From assembly GCA_024256165.1 (NCBI GenBank), contig JAKLZG010000091.1:8045-72044 (forward strand): a DNA stretch of 64,000 nucleotides. Direction: 5' to 3'. Below are positions 1 to 8,600 of this stretch, piece after piece. The notes under the pieces are model-generated. The model had not been told where the DNA came from. It was given only the letters and a program-made list of their open reading frames with translations, and did not search any database. The translations under genes were made by a program, and so were the position numbers. Within the stretch, counting starts at the first letter, position 1. Every line of letters begins with the position of its first letter. Source of the stretch: Candidatus Methylarchaceae archaeon HK02M2 (GTDB taxonomy: Archaea > Thermoproteota > Nitrososphaeria > Nitrososphaerales > JACAEJ01).

Positions 1-222
1 AAGGCCTTGGCAATAGAACTTGGTCCGATAATCCCGAGTACTGCTGAGAAAATATGGGTTTTTCTAGGAATGAAAAATAAATTAGTAGATGTTGATTGGT
101 CGGAAGCGAATGTTGATTTCAATTATCCAATGAATATTGGAATTTTTCATCCATTATTCAAGAAGATAAAAAAGGAAGAAATTATTAAGAAGCTTGATAA
201 AATTCGGAAGAAGGAGGGATAA
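1..222 (+). CDS. metG: methionyl-tRNA synthetase, C-terminal end (partial, enters from 5' window edge)
   Basis: The frame is open from nt 1. The sequence ...ELGPIIPSTAEKIWVFLGM...HPLFKKI resembles the end of the MetRS anticodon-binding domain. TAA stop at 220-222. Confidence 0.7.
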   Translation, partial: KALAIELGPIIPSTAEKIWVFLGMKNKLVDVDWSEANVDFNYPMNIGIFHPLFKKIKKEEIIKKLDKIRKKEG

Positions 223-224
223 AT

Positions 225-551
225 ATTTCTCAAGTAACTTTTGAAGAGTTCTCTAAAATAGATATGAAAGTGGGTAAGATTGTAGATGCAGAAAAGGTTG
301 TTGGGTCTAAGAATCTCATGAAGTTGATAATAGATTTAGGAGAAGCTACGAAGCAATCTATAGCTGCCATAGGAGATAGATATGAATCGGAACAACTTAA
401 ATCAAAACTTGTAGCTGTAGTAACTAATCTTAAGCCAAGGAAGATCTTTGGATTGGAATCTGAAGTGATGATATTGGCTGCATTGGATGATTCTAACATC
501 TCAATCCTCCATCCTGATAAGCAAGTGAGGTCAGGTAGCAAGATATCTTAA
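225..551 (+). CDS. tRNA-binding domain protein (Trbp111/EMAP-II-like), normally the MetRS C-terminal domain
   Basis: Frame 3 is open from nt 201 and reads ISQVTFEEFSKIDMKVGKIVDAEKVVGSKNLMKLIIDLGE, the typical start of the OB-fold tRNA-binding domain. The first ATG (264) would truncate the domain. An in-frame ATT at 225 lies 6 nt after GGAGGG (213-218). The start, or fusion to metG, is unresolved. Confidence 0.7.
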   Translation: MSQVTFEEFSKIDMKVGKIVDAEKVVGSKNLMKLIIDLGEATKQSIAAIGDRYESEQLKSKLVAVVTNLKPRKIFGLESEVMILAALDDSNISILHPDKQVRSGSKIS

Positions 552-688
552 GTAACTCTACCTTTAGTTAGGACTTCATTGAATTTTTAATATATTTTGG
601 GATTTAAAAGTTAATTACTATACGGTTCTCCCACAGATCGTATTAATGAAGTAAAAGTAATATAATAGACTCTTCGTTTTGGTTAAAT

Positions 689-970
689 ATGGAATGGGCT
701 TGGATTGTCCCGATCGCAATACCATTTATAATAGGATTCTTAGTCGGTATCATAATTAAAAAAACAATAAAACTAGCACTTATAATTTTAGCTTTGGTCC
801 TGATCTTAGGAGCAGTGGGATACATTATGCTACCTAGTGTACAAGATGTTATGCAAAAAGCTATAGAATACTTGCCGAAGATATGGGAAGCAGGAAGCTT
901 ACTTAATTTATTGCCATACTCAACAATTACGTTTCTCGTAGGTTTAGCTCTAGGACTTTGGAAAGGTTAG
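689..970 (+). CDS. small membrane protein (about 3 hydrophobic helices), hypothetical
   Basis: 93-aa ORF with long hydrophobic stretches (IVPIAIPFIIGFLVGIII, LALIILALVLILGAVGYIM, ITFLVGLALGLW). No recognisable family. Confidence 0.4.
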   Translation: MEWAWIVPIAIPFIIGFLVGIIIKKTIKLALIILALVLILGAVGYIMLPSVQDVMQKAIEYLPKIWEAGSLLNLLPYSTITFLVGLALGLWKG

Positions 971-1078
971 TTATAAATAACCTGAAGAAAATAGACATTT
1001 AAAAGTTAAATTTATCTTAGGATAATATGTTGTCACAGTGAACCTTTTATTTCATATAATATACAAAGTTAAAGGATA

Positions 1079-1513
1079 TTGTCAATTAAAAAAAGGTACA
1101 CCTTCCTAGAACATATGGGAGATGAATTTATTGAGGCTTATGGAACTTCTTTAGAGGAAGCCTTCGAGAGCGCTGGCATGGCTTTGATCGATACAATGAT
1201 CGATATCAATGAAGTCGATGATAAGATCGAAGAGTTCATTAAAACTCATGGTTTAGATTTGGAGAACCTTCTTTATAACTGGTTGGAGGAGTTGCTTATT
1301 AAAGTTACATCTGAGAACAAGGTCTACTCATCCTTTACTGTAAAGATATATCAAAAAGAAGGGAGCTATGAGTTAGAAGGGATTGTAAAGGGCGAGGAAC
1401 TTAATATCAGCAAGCATAAGCCCAAAACTGAAGTCAAAGCTGTAACTTATCATATGATGGATATAAAGCAAGATTCGGAAGGGGTTGTCCTCCGATTCTT
1501 ATTAGATTTATAA
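1079..1513 (+). CDS. archease (RtcB activator family)
   Basis: FLEHMGDEFIEAYGTSLEEAFESAGMAL at the N-terminus and KAVTYHMMDI ... LRFLLDL at the C-terminus match the archease pattern. TTG start. Confidence 0.8.
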   Translation: MSIKKRYTFLEHMGDEFIEAYGTSLEEAFESAGMALIDTMIDINEVDDKIEEFIKTHGLDLENLLYNWLEELLIKVTSENKVYSSFTVKIYQKEGSYELEGIVKGEELNISKHKPKTEVKAVTYHMMDIKQDSEGVVLRFLLDL

Positions 1514-1639
1514 TTGGTCCACCCAACTTACTTTAAAGAAACGGAGAGGTGTATATCAAGCGACTAGCTAACATCCACCACGATATATCAGAACTTACAA
1601 TCTTTATCTTTAAATAATGAGATTTTAACACTTTCAAAC

Positions 1640-2041
1640 ATGTCCGACCCAGAGCTTGAAAGAATCCTAAAAGAGAAGGCAAAGTCTTTAAAGGAGAGTA
1701 TTGGTAAGGTGGAAACTACAATGCCTTTGAATCTTACTACAGAAAACTTTGATCAAGTGATAAACTCGGATAAGCCGGTAATTGTGGACTTTTGGGCAGA
1801 ATGGTGCGCCCCATGCTTGTATATGGTTCCCGCTTTTGAGAATTTAGCAAAGAAATATGATGGGAAGATAATCTTCGGTAGATTGAATGTCGATGAAAAC
1901 AGAGACATATCGACAAAATACCAGGTCTTTTCAATACCTACTTTTATGGTATTTAAAGATGGAAAGCCTAGTGATATTGCAGTAGGTGCAATTGGAGAGA
2001 GAGGTCTTGAGAAACTCATCGCCAAATATATTGAGTCATAA
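1640..2041 (+). CDS. trxA: thioredoxin
   Basis: FWAEWCAPCLYM (a CxxC active site, CAPC variant), then FSIPTFMVFKDGKP. Confidence 0.9.
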   Translation: MSDPELERILKEKAKSLKESIGKVETTMPLNLTTENFDQVINSDKPVIVDFWAEWCAPCLYMVPAFENLAKKYDGKIIFGRLNVDENRDISTKYQVFSIPTFMVFKDGKPSDIAVGAIGERGLEKLIAKYIES

Positions 2042-2089
2042 TATTTCTATAATTTTCATAAAATGATCTATCTTTTCAAGTTAGTGTCG

Positions 2090-2692
2090 TTAACCAAAGA
2101 TCGCCATGATACCTTCCCTAACAAAAGTTACAGCTATAGCAGCTATTAGCAAGCCCATAATCCTTGTGAAGATTCGCGTGCCATTTTGACCTAATATGTT
2201 TTGAATGAACTTACCTTGAATAAGGATTATCCATGCAAGTATGCAGTTGGATATTATTACAGCAGATGTGATAAGAGGACCGTAAGGAGGGTTCATTAAA
2301 ATCATGACCGTTGATATTGCGCCAGGTCCCGCAAGGAGCGGGGTTGCGAGTGGGAATGCAGCTATTTCTCTTCCATCTATGCTTTTAACCTTGGATCTCT
2401 CCCCTCTCAAGTAATCATATGCTATAAGGAAGAGTATTACTCCACCTGCGATCTTAAAATCGTCAATTGTGGTCCCTAAGAGTTGAAAGATGAACCCACC
2501 CAAGTAAGCGAATACGATGAGTATTAAGAATGCAATAAATACAGACTCGGTTATTATCTTCCGTCTTTTATCAGCTATATCTGCTGTTAAAGAGATAAAA
2601 ATGGGAGTATTGCCCACCGCATCTAGGATAGTAAAGAGTAGAAAAAAAGCTTGAAAGAATAAGTATGGATCGAAGCTAAAAATTTCCATCAC
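2090..2692 (-). CDS. MarC-family integral membrane protein (UPF0056)
   Basis: 200-aa polytopic protein with AVGNTPIFISLT near the N-terminus and LAGPGAIST in the middle, typical of MarC. Confidence 0.75.
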   Translation of the reverse strand: MMEIFSFDPYLFFQAFFLLFTILDAVGNTPIFISLTADIADKRRKIITESVFIAFLILIVFAYLGGFIFQLLGTTIDDFKIAGGVILFLIAYDYLRGERSKVKSIDGREIAAFPLATPLLAGPGAISTVMILMNPPYGPLITSAVIISNCILAWIILIQGKFIQNILGQNGTRIFTRIMGLLIAAIAVTFVREGIMAIFG

Positions 2693-3157
2693 ATTATTTA
2701 TTAAAGTATATCCCTATATTGCTTTTCTTTAAGAATGCAACATATTGGATAAAACAAAAGCGAGTTAAGAAAATAGAAGATGAGTTAAACTTTAGACGAG
2801 AACAAAAGTAAAAAAGAAAAATCTATCAATTATATTAAAAGGAAAATACAAAGTTTTATTTAACCTTAGTTTAACTCCTATTGAATTCAGATAATGTTTT
2901 CTTAAATGATATTAACTTGAATACAACTCAAACGAATTTGTTTGCCATATACTGTAAAATTATCAACGTAATACCATATCCCATTTGAGCTTCGTAAATA
3001 GAAGGTTCTAATCCTTTTTCATGTACACCTATCTTAGAAAGATAAGTATAGTAGAAAACTTATCACAAGTTTCACAGTAAGCATAATCTAAAGCAGTTAA
3101 AGCTGTCTTTCTTTCAGATATTAGGTCAAGATATCGATTACACAGAGTGAAAAAAGG

Positions 3158-3400
3158 GTGCTGAATGATGTATGCAATGTTCTAAAGAGAGAAAAGATAG
3201 TTAGGAGATGTCCGATAAGAGATTATCCACCAGCAACACCTTACATAAGCATCTTACACCATGACCAAGAAAGGTTCTTGAGAGCAATAAGACCTTTTGT
3301 TCGTACAGAAAAGAAATGTAAACAGATTGATGATGCTCTGAAAATGATAAAGGAGAGGAAGCCTAGAAAGATAAATAAACAAGAAGCTCTGCTTCTCTAA
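3158..3400 (+). CDS. small basic hypothetical protein (GTG start), 2 nt upstream of the mtrH-like gene
   Basis: 80-aa ORF ending 2 nt before the 3403 ATG, which suggests co-transcription. No family recognised. Its C-terminal half faintly recalls homing-endonuclease-type helices, but that is not supportable. Confidence 0.3.
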   Translation: MLNDVCNVLKREKIVRRCPIRDYPPATPYISILHHDQERFLRAIRPFVRTEKKCKQIDDALKMIKERKPRKINKQEALLL

Positions 3401-3402
3401 TT

Positions 3403-4371
3403 ATGCTCTTTTTTAAATCTCCACAAAAAATCTTCAAGATAGGGAATGTGACGATTGGTGGACAACCAGGAGAGAATCCAAAGGTACTTGTTGGGACCAT
3501 CTTCTATGAGAAGCATAAAATCGTAAGGGATGAAGAGACGGGCGATTTCGATAAAAAGGCAGCAGAGGCCCTCATAAATAAGCAAGATACCCTCTGTGAC
3601 GAAACAGGTCTACAATCTATGTTAGATGTAGTATGTACTTCTGTTGAACAAATTCCAAAGTATCTGGATTTCGTTGCAAGTGTTACGGATGTACCCATGC
3701 TATTCGATGCTTGGAAACTCAACATCAAACTTGAAGGACTCAAATACATTTCTGAAGCTGGGTTATCTAATAGGATTGTATATAATAGTATAATGCCCTT
3801 ACCCCCCCCAAAGAAAGAAGAAATGGATGCAATAAAAGCAGCAAAGATTGACTCCTCAATAATATTGGCATATAATGTTAAGAATCGAAGCGCTAATGGT
3901 GTTATCTCTATTCTAAAAGGTGATTCAGAACAAAAGGGTCTATTGAAGGTTGCAGAAGAAGATGCCGGAGTTACGATGCCAATAATTGACGTAACCCTAT
4001 TTACTTACATTCCTAGCATGGGAGTAGGTTGCAAGGCGGTTAGTTTAGTAAAGGATGAATTAGGATTACCAGCAGGCGGAGCCCCAGGGAACGCCACTAC
4101 GACTTGGAAGATGCCAAAAGAGAAGTGGGGTCTAGATGTATTCAAAGCTTGTGAGGCAAGCGTTCAAGTAGTGCCTCTTGCTTTTGGAGCAGATTTTCTG
4201 CTATATGGGATAATAGAATCTGCCCCTTGGGTAATCCCTGCATGTGCAGCAATAGACGCAATGGCTGCTACTGTGTCTAACTTTGAATACAAAATGCCGT
4301 TGAATAAAGATCATCCATTAAGCAAGATGTTCCCTGATTTCGTCGAGAAGCTAGAGAAAGCTACATTATAA
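3403..4371 (+). CDS. mtrH: MtrH-family methyltransferase (tetrahydromethanopterin S-methyltransferase subunit H-like)
   Basis: IGGQPGENPKVLVGTIFYEKHKIVRDEETGDFDKKAAEALINKQ is very close to methanogen MtrH as I recall it (FGGQPGEYPT..GTIFY..HKIV...FDKKAAEALINKQ). Confidence 0.85.
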   Translation: MLFFKSPQKIFKIGNVTIGGQPGENPKVLVGTIFYEKHKIVRDEETGDFDKKAAEALINKQDTLCDETGLQSMLDVVCTSVEQIPKYLDFVASVTDVPMLFDAWKLNIKLEGLKYISEAGLSNRIVYNSIMPLPPPKKEEMDAIKAAKIDSSIILAYNVKNRSANGVISILKGDSEQKGLLKVAEEDAGVTMPIIDVTLFTYIPSMGVGCKAVSLVKDELGLPAGGAPGNATTTWKMPKEKWGLDVFKACEASVQVVPLAFGADFLLYGIIESAPWVIPACAAIDAMAATVSNFEYKMPLNKDHPLSKMFPDFVEKLEKATL

Positions 4372-4384
4372 AAGTAGTACAGTT

Positions 4385-4420
4385 GACTGATGGTTCTGTC
4401 AGTCTTCCCCTCTTTTTATT
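4385..4420. terminator. hairpin plus T-tract between convergent mtrH-like and panE genes
   Basis: GACTGA-tggttctg-TCAGTC inverted repeat (4385-4404), followed by ttcccctctttttatt. Confidence 0.25.
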
Positions 4421-4542
4421 AAAATCTCTAGTTAGTAAAATATCATTATTAAACTAGACAATAGAAAGGGTTAAAATTTTAATCATATTTTAGTTCTTGT
4501 TTATTATATAAAGGGACGGCACATCCAATAGATTGTTAAGAT

Positions 4543-5490
4543 TTATTCGAAAATCGGCATTTCATTCATTCTTTCCAAAGTCTTGATTATATTGTAGATC
4601 GTCTCGTTTACAGGTGTCTTAATTCTATGAACTTTTCCTAATCTGACAATTGCTCCATTCATGTATTCCACCTCCGTTCTCTTGTGCTTTTCAATATCTT
4701 GGAGCATAGAACTTTTATGCTCAGATGTTGGCGGCAATTGATTCTTGATGAGATAATGAAAGTATTTTTCCCAAGTAAATTTTAGTCTTATTTCTTCAGC
4801 TTCTGCAACGTTAAAAGCCTCTTTGAGCATTCTCTTGATTATCTCTTTCGTCTCCTTATATTCCCCCAATTTACCATATCGAATCTTTAAGATAGCTGAT
4901 AAGGGGTTCAAGGCAATGTTATAGAAAACCTTCATCCACTTTTCTCGGATTATATCATCTGTTGGGGAAGCAGGAATGCCAGACTTGGAAACCATCTCTG
5001 CAACCGCTTTTGATCTTTTCATATTCCTCGAAAGAGTTCCAAAGAGGCATTCACTCGCATATACTGTAACTTGAACGTGCGCAGGCTCAACTAGAACAGC
5101 ACCGAAGATCGCCATACCTCCCATTGTTCTATTTTTTCCGACAATCTTGGCAATTATTTCCTCATTGCCTATGCCATTCTGTACTGATGCAACGAGGCTG
5201 TCTTTACTTATCAATGGTAATACTTTTATCACAACATCCTCGGTATCGTAAGACTTTGTTGTAATCAAAACGAGATCGTAAGGGGCAAGCTCAGTACATT
5301 CTACAACAGATGTAAAAGCATGGAGATTCTTGAATATATGCTCACCCCAAATCCCCGATATTTTAAGACCCTCCTTATTGATCTTGGATATGTGCGGTTT
5401 CCTACCTATCAAGGCCACATCTTGTGATTTTGATAGAAAACCTCCGAATGTAGAGCCTATCGCTCCTGCTCCCATTACAAGTATCTTCAT
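4543..5490 (-). CDS. panE: 2-dehydropantoate 2-reductase (ketopantoate reductase)
   Basis: MKILVMGAGAIGSTFGG Rossmann start. Length and ...NGIGNEE...SSMLQDIEKHKRTEVEYMNG match the ApbA/PanE pattern. Confidence 0.8.
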   Translation of the reverse strand: MKILVMGAGAIGSTFGGFLSKSQDVALIGRKPHISKINKEGLKISGIWGEHIFKNLHAFTSVVECTELAPYDLVLITTKSYDTEDVVIKVLPLISKDSLVASVQNGIGNEEIIAKIVGKNRTMGGMAIFGAVLVEPAHVQVTVYASECLFGTLSRNMKRSKAVAEMVSKSGIPASPTDDIIREKWMKVFYNIALNPLSAILKIRYGKLGEYKETKEIIKRMLKEAFNVAEAEEIRLKFTWEKYFHYLIKNQLPPTSEHKSSMLQDIEKHKRTEVEYMNGAIVRLGKVHRIKTPVNETIYNIIKTLERMNEMPIFE

Positions 5491-5599
5491 ATGATCGTTA
5501 AATAAAGCGAAGGTTATGAATTTTTCATCCGGGAAACGACTAATTTGCTAACTTTCATTCCACCAAATTTAGATGACCCTACAGTAGAAAGTTATCTAC

Positions 5600-6304
5600 T
5601 TATCTAATCATTTTTGATTCCTTTAGGATAAGGTCATCGACTTTCCTTTCTAAATCTAAGTTTGATCGAATTCTTTTTAAAATATTTTTACTTAATTCAA
5701 AATAAGAGAAATTTTTTGGAATTTTAGGTTCTTTTTGCCTAGCTCCCTTAATTCTTATCCTAACAAAATCAGGGTTTGTTTCAAAGTCAAAGTCCATAAT
5801 CTCATTCATAAACAGGCTCCCATCAAAATGCTTAATCGACAATCTAAATTTCTCTACATTAGAATTGTACCCTATTGTCTCTAAAGTATCTTTTAATTTT
5901 GAAGGATGAAGAGAATATCCATAGTATTTACTTCTTACCTTATATTCTATTTCCTTTGGGAAAAATTTGTACTCGGTCTTATAATAAACACCCTTATGAG
6001 TTAGCCCGTAGCCCTTATAATTTGAGATATCTGTTTGAATGGAGAGATAAAAACCTTTAAAATCTATATGCATTAACTCTTTTATCGAAAATCTCTTTCC
6101 TGCAACTCTTTTTTTGATACCTCCTACATAATTAAATATGACCTCATTTGGCTTAGGAACCTTGTTAAAGAAACTTAAATCATTGGCTATATCATAGATA
6201 CTGTTAACATCTATTCTATCTGGTATTTGGATATTAACATCAGTATTATATCTCTTAAAAAACAAGCCAAATTTTGTTACTTTGACCGATATCATGTTCA
6301 ACAT
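5600..6304 (-). CDS. hypothetical protein, orphan (K/N/Y/F-rich)
   Basis: 234-aa uninterrupted ORF. A hand-sampled stretch is about 30% GC. No motif recognised. Same strand as, and downstream of, the NurA/HerA-like pair. Confidence 0.5.
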   Translation of the reverse strand: MLNMISVKVTKFGLFFKRYNTDVNIQIPDRIDVNSIYDIANDLSFFNKVPKPNEVIFNYVGGIKKRVAGKRFSIKELMHIDFKGFYLSIQTDISNYKGYGLTHKGVYYKTEYKFFPKEIEYKVRSKYYGYSLHPSKLKDTLETIGYNSNVEKFRLSIKHFDGSLFMNEIMDFDFETNPDFVRIRIKGARQKEPKIPKNFSYFELSKNILKRIRSNLDLERKVDDLILKESKMIR

Positions 6305-6404
6305 CTCCTATAAATACAGCTCTTTAAAAAATTGTAGATAAAAAGGAAGCCAAATAGAGAATTCAGATTTTAGGATTATTCTTAACCTTTGAAAAAGCAA
6401 TTTA

Positions 6405-6575
6405 TTATCTTTCTAATTTATTTATCCAATCTAACATTACAGTTACTACCAAATAACCAAAAATAATGCCAAAAATTAGCCCAAAGAGTACGTTAATTTG
6501 AAAAATCACCCAGAAACTCATAACTCCGATTACTAAAAAGAGGATAATAGCAAGCGATAGAATATCATCATCCAT
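6405..6575 (-). CDS. putative 56-aa two-helix membrane micro-protein (not in ORF track)
   Basis: Hand translation gives MDDDILSLAIILFLVIGVMSFWVIFQINVLFGLIFGIIFGYLVVTVMLDWINKLER. ATG start, TAA stop. It lies between the herA-like gene and the 234-aa orphan. Confidence 0.35.
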   Translation of the reverse strand: MDDDILSLAIILFLVIGVMSFWVIFQINVLFGLIFGIIFGYLVVTVMLDWINKLER

Positions 6576-6719
6576 TTTATTCTCCTCCTTATTTTCAAGT
6601 AACCCACCTAAAAGCTTTTCAACTATGTAAAATCATAAAAATTTATTTCCTTTTTAGCGGTGTTTCAATCAATAAAGTTATACAGTTTAGTATTGAAACT
6701 AAATTCATTTTTTATAAAT

Positions 6720-8600
6720 TCATTTTTTTATAAATGCTATATTTAAGAAATTCTCGATCTCGACCTCTGCATTATCTGCCTTCATAAATATGGGTACATT
6801 TGCCATACCTGTTGCTAAATAGCTTGACAGCAACCATTCACCTGGTACAAACTCCAAAGTCTTCTCGAGGATTGTTTTATCAATCATGAAGGTGTTGCTT
6901 ATCAAGCCTCTATCATAAGGTCTAGGAAGAGTGCTCACAAAGTAGGTATGAAGTTGTTGTAATGCATTCGTATTTAGATATGCAATCCTTTGAGTTGCTA
7001 TGCATCCACCAAGTCCATACTTTCTCCCCTGCCTCAGCAAACGCTCCACTTCAAGACTACACAATTTGTCGATTCCAGTTACATTAGAGGGATTGGCGAC
7101 GAACTCTTGGGCTTCGTCCCAGACGAAGAGGATATATGGCTCCACCTTGAACTCTCTCTTCCTCTTTATTAACAAGTCATGTGTTAACTCGATGACTAAG
7201 CGCTTTATGGTCTTGGCCTCACTTATTGAGATGCAGACTAACTGAGTAGTCCCTTCAAGTAGCTTCTTTACCCCTTCAAGACTGTAACCCTCGCCTATTA
7301 CTTGAGATCGATCTTCGAAGTACCTCCTCATCTTATCCCTAGATTGGAACCAGCCATACAGAGCACTCTTCTCGTGGACACGGAAACTCTCAGCAACATC
7401 CTTTGCAACCTTAATCAAGGCCTCTATGAACTCCTCCGTGAGTTCATCGCCCTCTTTAAGGCCCTTTTCCTCCATGTAACCCAAGACTAAGTCTTCGATA
7501 TCGCTCAACGCCTCAACATAGTTAGGATTTTTCACATTCCCTTCTTTCAATCTCTCAATGTCAGCCAGAAATTCAACAAATTGGGGAACCTTCCTCCTGC
7601 CCCTCCACAGGTGGGAGACTCTGCCAAGGTTGAAGATTTTGGTCATCCCTTCAATCACTCTCGTATCAGCCTCATAATCCTTCGGCTTTACCACAGAGTT
7701 GTAGAACTCTCTATCATTACGAACCTCGTTCTCCAATATAATCTTAGAAGAGATGGAGGAGTCTGCAAAGACATCCATCAATAAGAATGGATACTCACAT
7801 GAGATATCGAAAATAACAACCTTCACACTGCTTTTGTGTAAAAGGATTCTTCTCAGAACGTTAGAAAGCAAATTACTCTTTCCCCCACCTGTGAAGGCGA
7901 AAATCCCGAAGTGATAGCGAATTAAAGAATCATAGTTTACGTAGAGTGGAATATTCTCCCCTGCAGCCTCAAACATCTTAATAGTCCCAAGCCTCGGGTC
8001 CTTTCTAGCATTTGCACAGGTTTCCATTCCCTCACAGGAAAGTGCCTCAGGGATTTCACGGTTGTACATGCTCCTGATCATCTCCTTGTTCAAGATATAG
8101 GCCCTATTACCCACAATAGGATATGAGAAACCTCTCTCAAAGTCAGGGTTCTTATCAACTTCCAAGACAAGGTCGTAATTAATTGGGATAGCCGTCAATT
8201 GGATCATCATCATCGTCTTATCGCTCATCTCCCAATCTTGGACGGATTGTTGTATCACCTCAAATTGCATCGGGAAATACTGATAATCCCGAACACCTCT
8301 CAAACCGAAGTGCTCTGGCCAAAACCGAACCACTTCTAGTAGTGTATATTTCTCCTTTCGGTCATCGGACCTAAAGTTTTTAACGGCAAGCAGCATACCA
8401 TCGTCAAGCAGCCTAAGTAGTTCCCTACAATACTGGGCCTTCACCCTACACAAATAAGGGGATGAGGTTCCAAATCTTTCATCCATCTCCACTTGGCTCA
8501 CTGAGACTTTGCTTAGCTGTGCATCAAACTTGCCATCAAAATCTGTGAAATATTTCTTAAGTTTCTCTTCTACCCGACTCAAGACCACTCCTCCTCTCAC
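6720..8600 (-). CDS. HerA/FtsK-like P-loop ATPase (DUF87-type)
   Basis: Walker A is FAFTGGGKSNLL (K241), Walker B is ILFVWDEAQEF (D495/E496), followed by GGCIATQRIAYL. About 170 aa precede the ATPase core, where the HAS-barrel would sit. The 5' end overlaps the upstream ORF by 26-44 nt. GAGGAGGAG precedes an alternative TTG start at 8582. Confidence 0.75.
   Translation of the reverse strand: MRGGVVLSRVEEKLKKYFTDFDGKFDAQLSKVSVSQVEMDERFGTSSPYLCRVKAQYCRELLRLLDDGMLLAVKNFRSDDRKEKYTLLEVVRFWPEHFGLRGVRDYQYFPMQFEVIQQSVQDWEMSDKTMMMIQLTAIPINYDLVLEVDKNPDFERGFSYPIVGNRAYILNKEMIRSMYNREIPEALSCEGMETCANARKDPRLGTIKMFEAAGENIPLYVNYDSLIRYHFGIFAFTGGGKSNLLSNVLRRILLHKSSVKVVIFDISCEYPFLLMDVFADSSISSKIILENEVRNDREFYNSVVKPKDYEADTRVIEGMTKIFNLGRVSHLWRGRRKVPQFVEFLADIERLKEGNVKNPNYVEALSDIEDLVLGYMEEKGLKEGDELTEEFIEALIKVAKDVAESFRVHEKSALYGWFQSRDKMRRYFEDRSQVIGEGYSLEGVKKLLEGTTQLVCISISEAKTIKRLVIELTHDLLIKRKREFKVEPYILFVWDEAQEFVANPSNVTGIDKLCSLEVERLLRQGRKYGLGGCIATQRIAYLNTNALQQLHTYFVSTLPRPYDRGLISNTFMIDKTILEKTLEFVPGEWLLSSYLATGMANVPIFMKADNAEVEIENFLNIAFIKK

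Noticed and set aside
2693-3157. Broken minus-strand frames (…SERKTALTALDYAYCETCDKFS…*…GVHEKGLEPSIYEAQMGYGI…) suggesting a degraded gene or a homing-endonuclease remnant.
   Set aside because: The fragments are short and interrupted by stops, with no diagnostic motif such as LAGLIDADG or DDE. The region is mentioned only as a long non-coding stretch.
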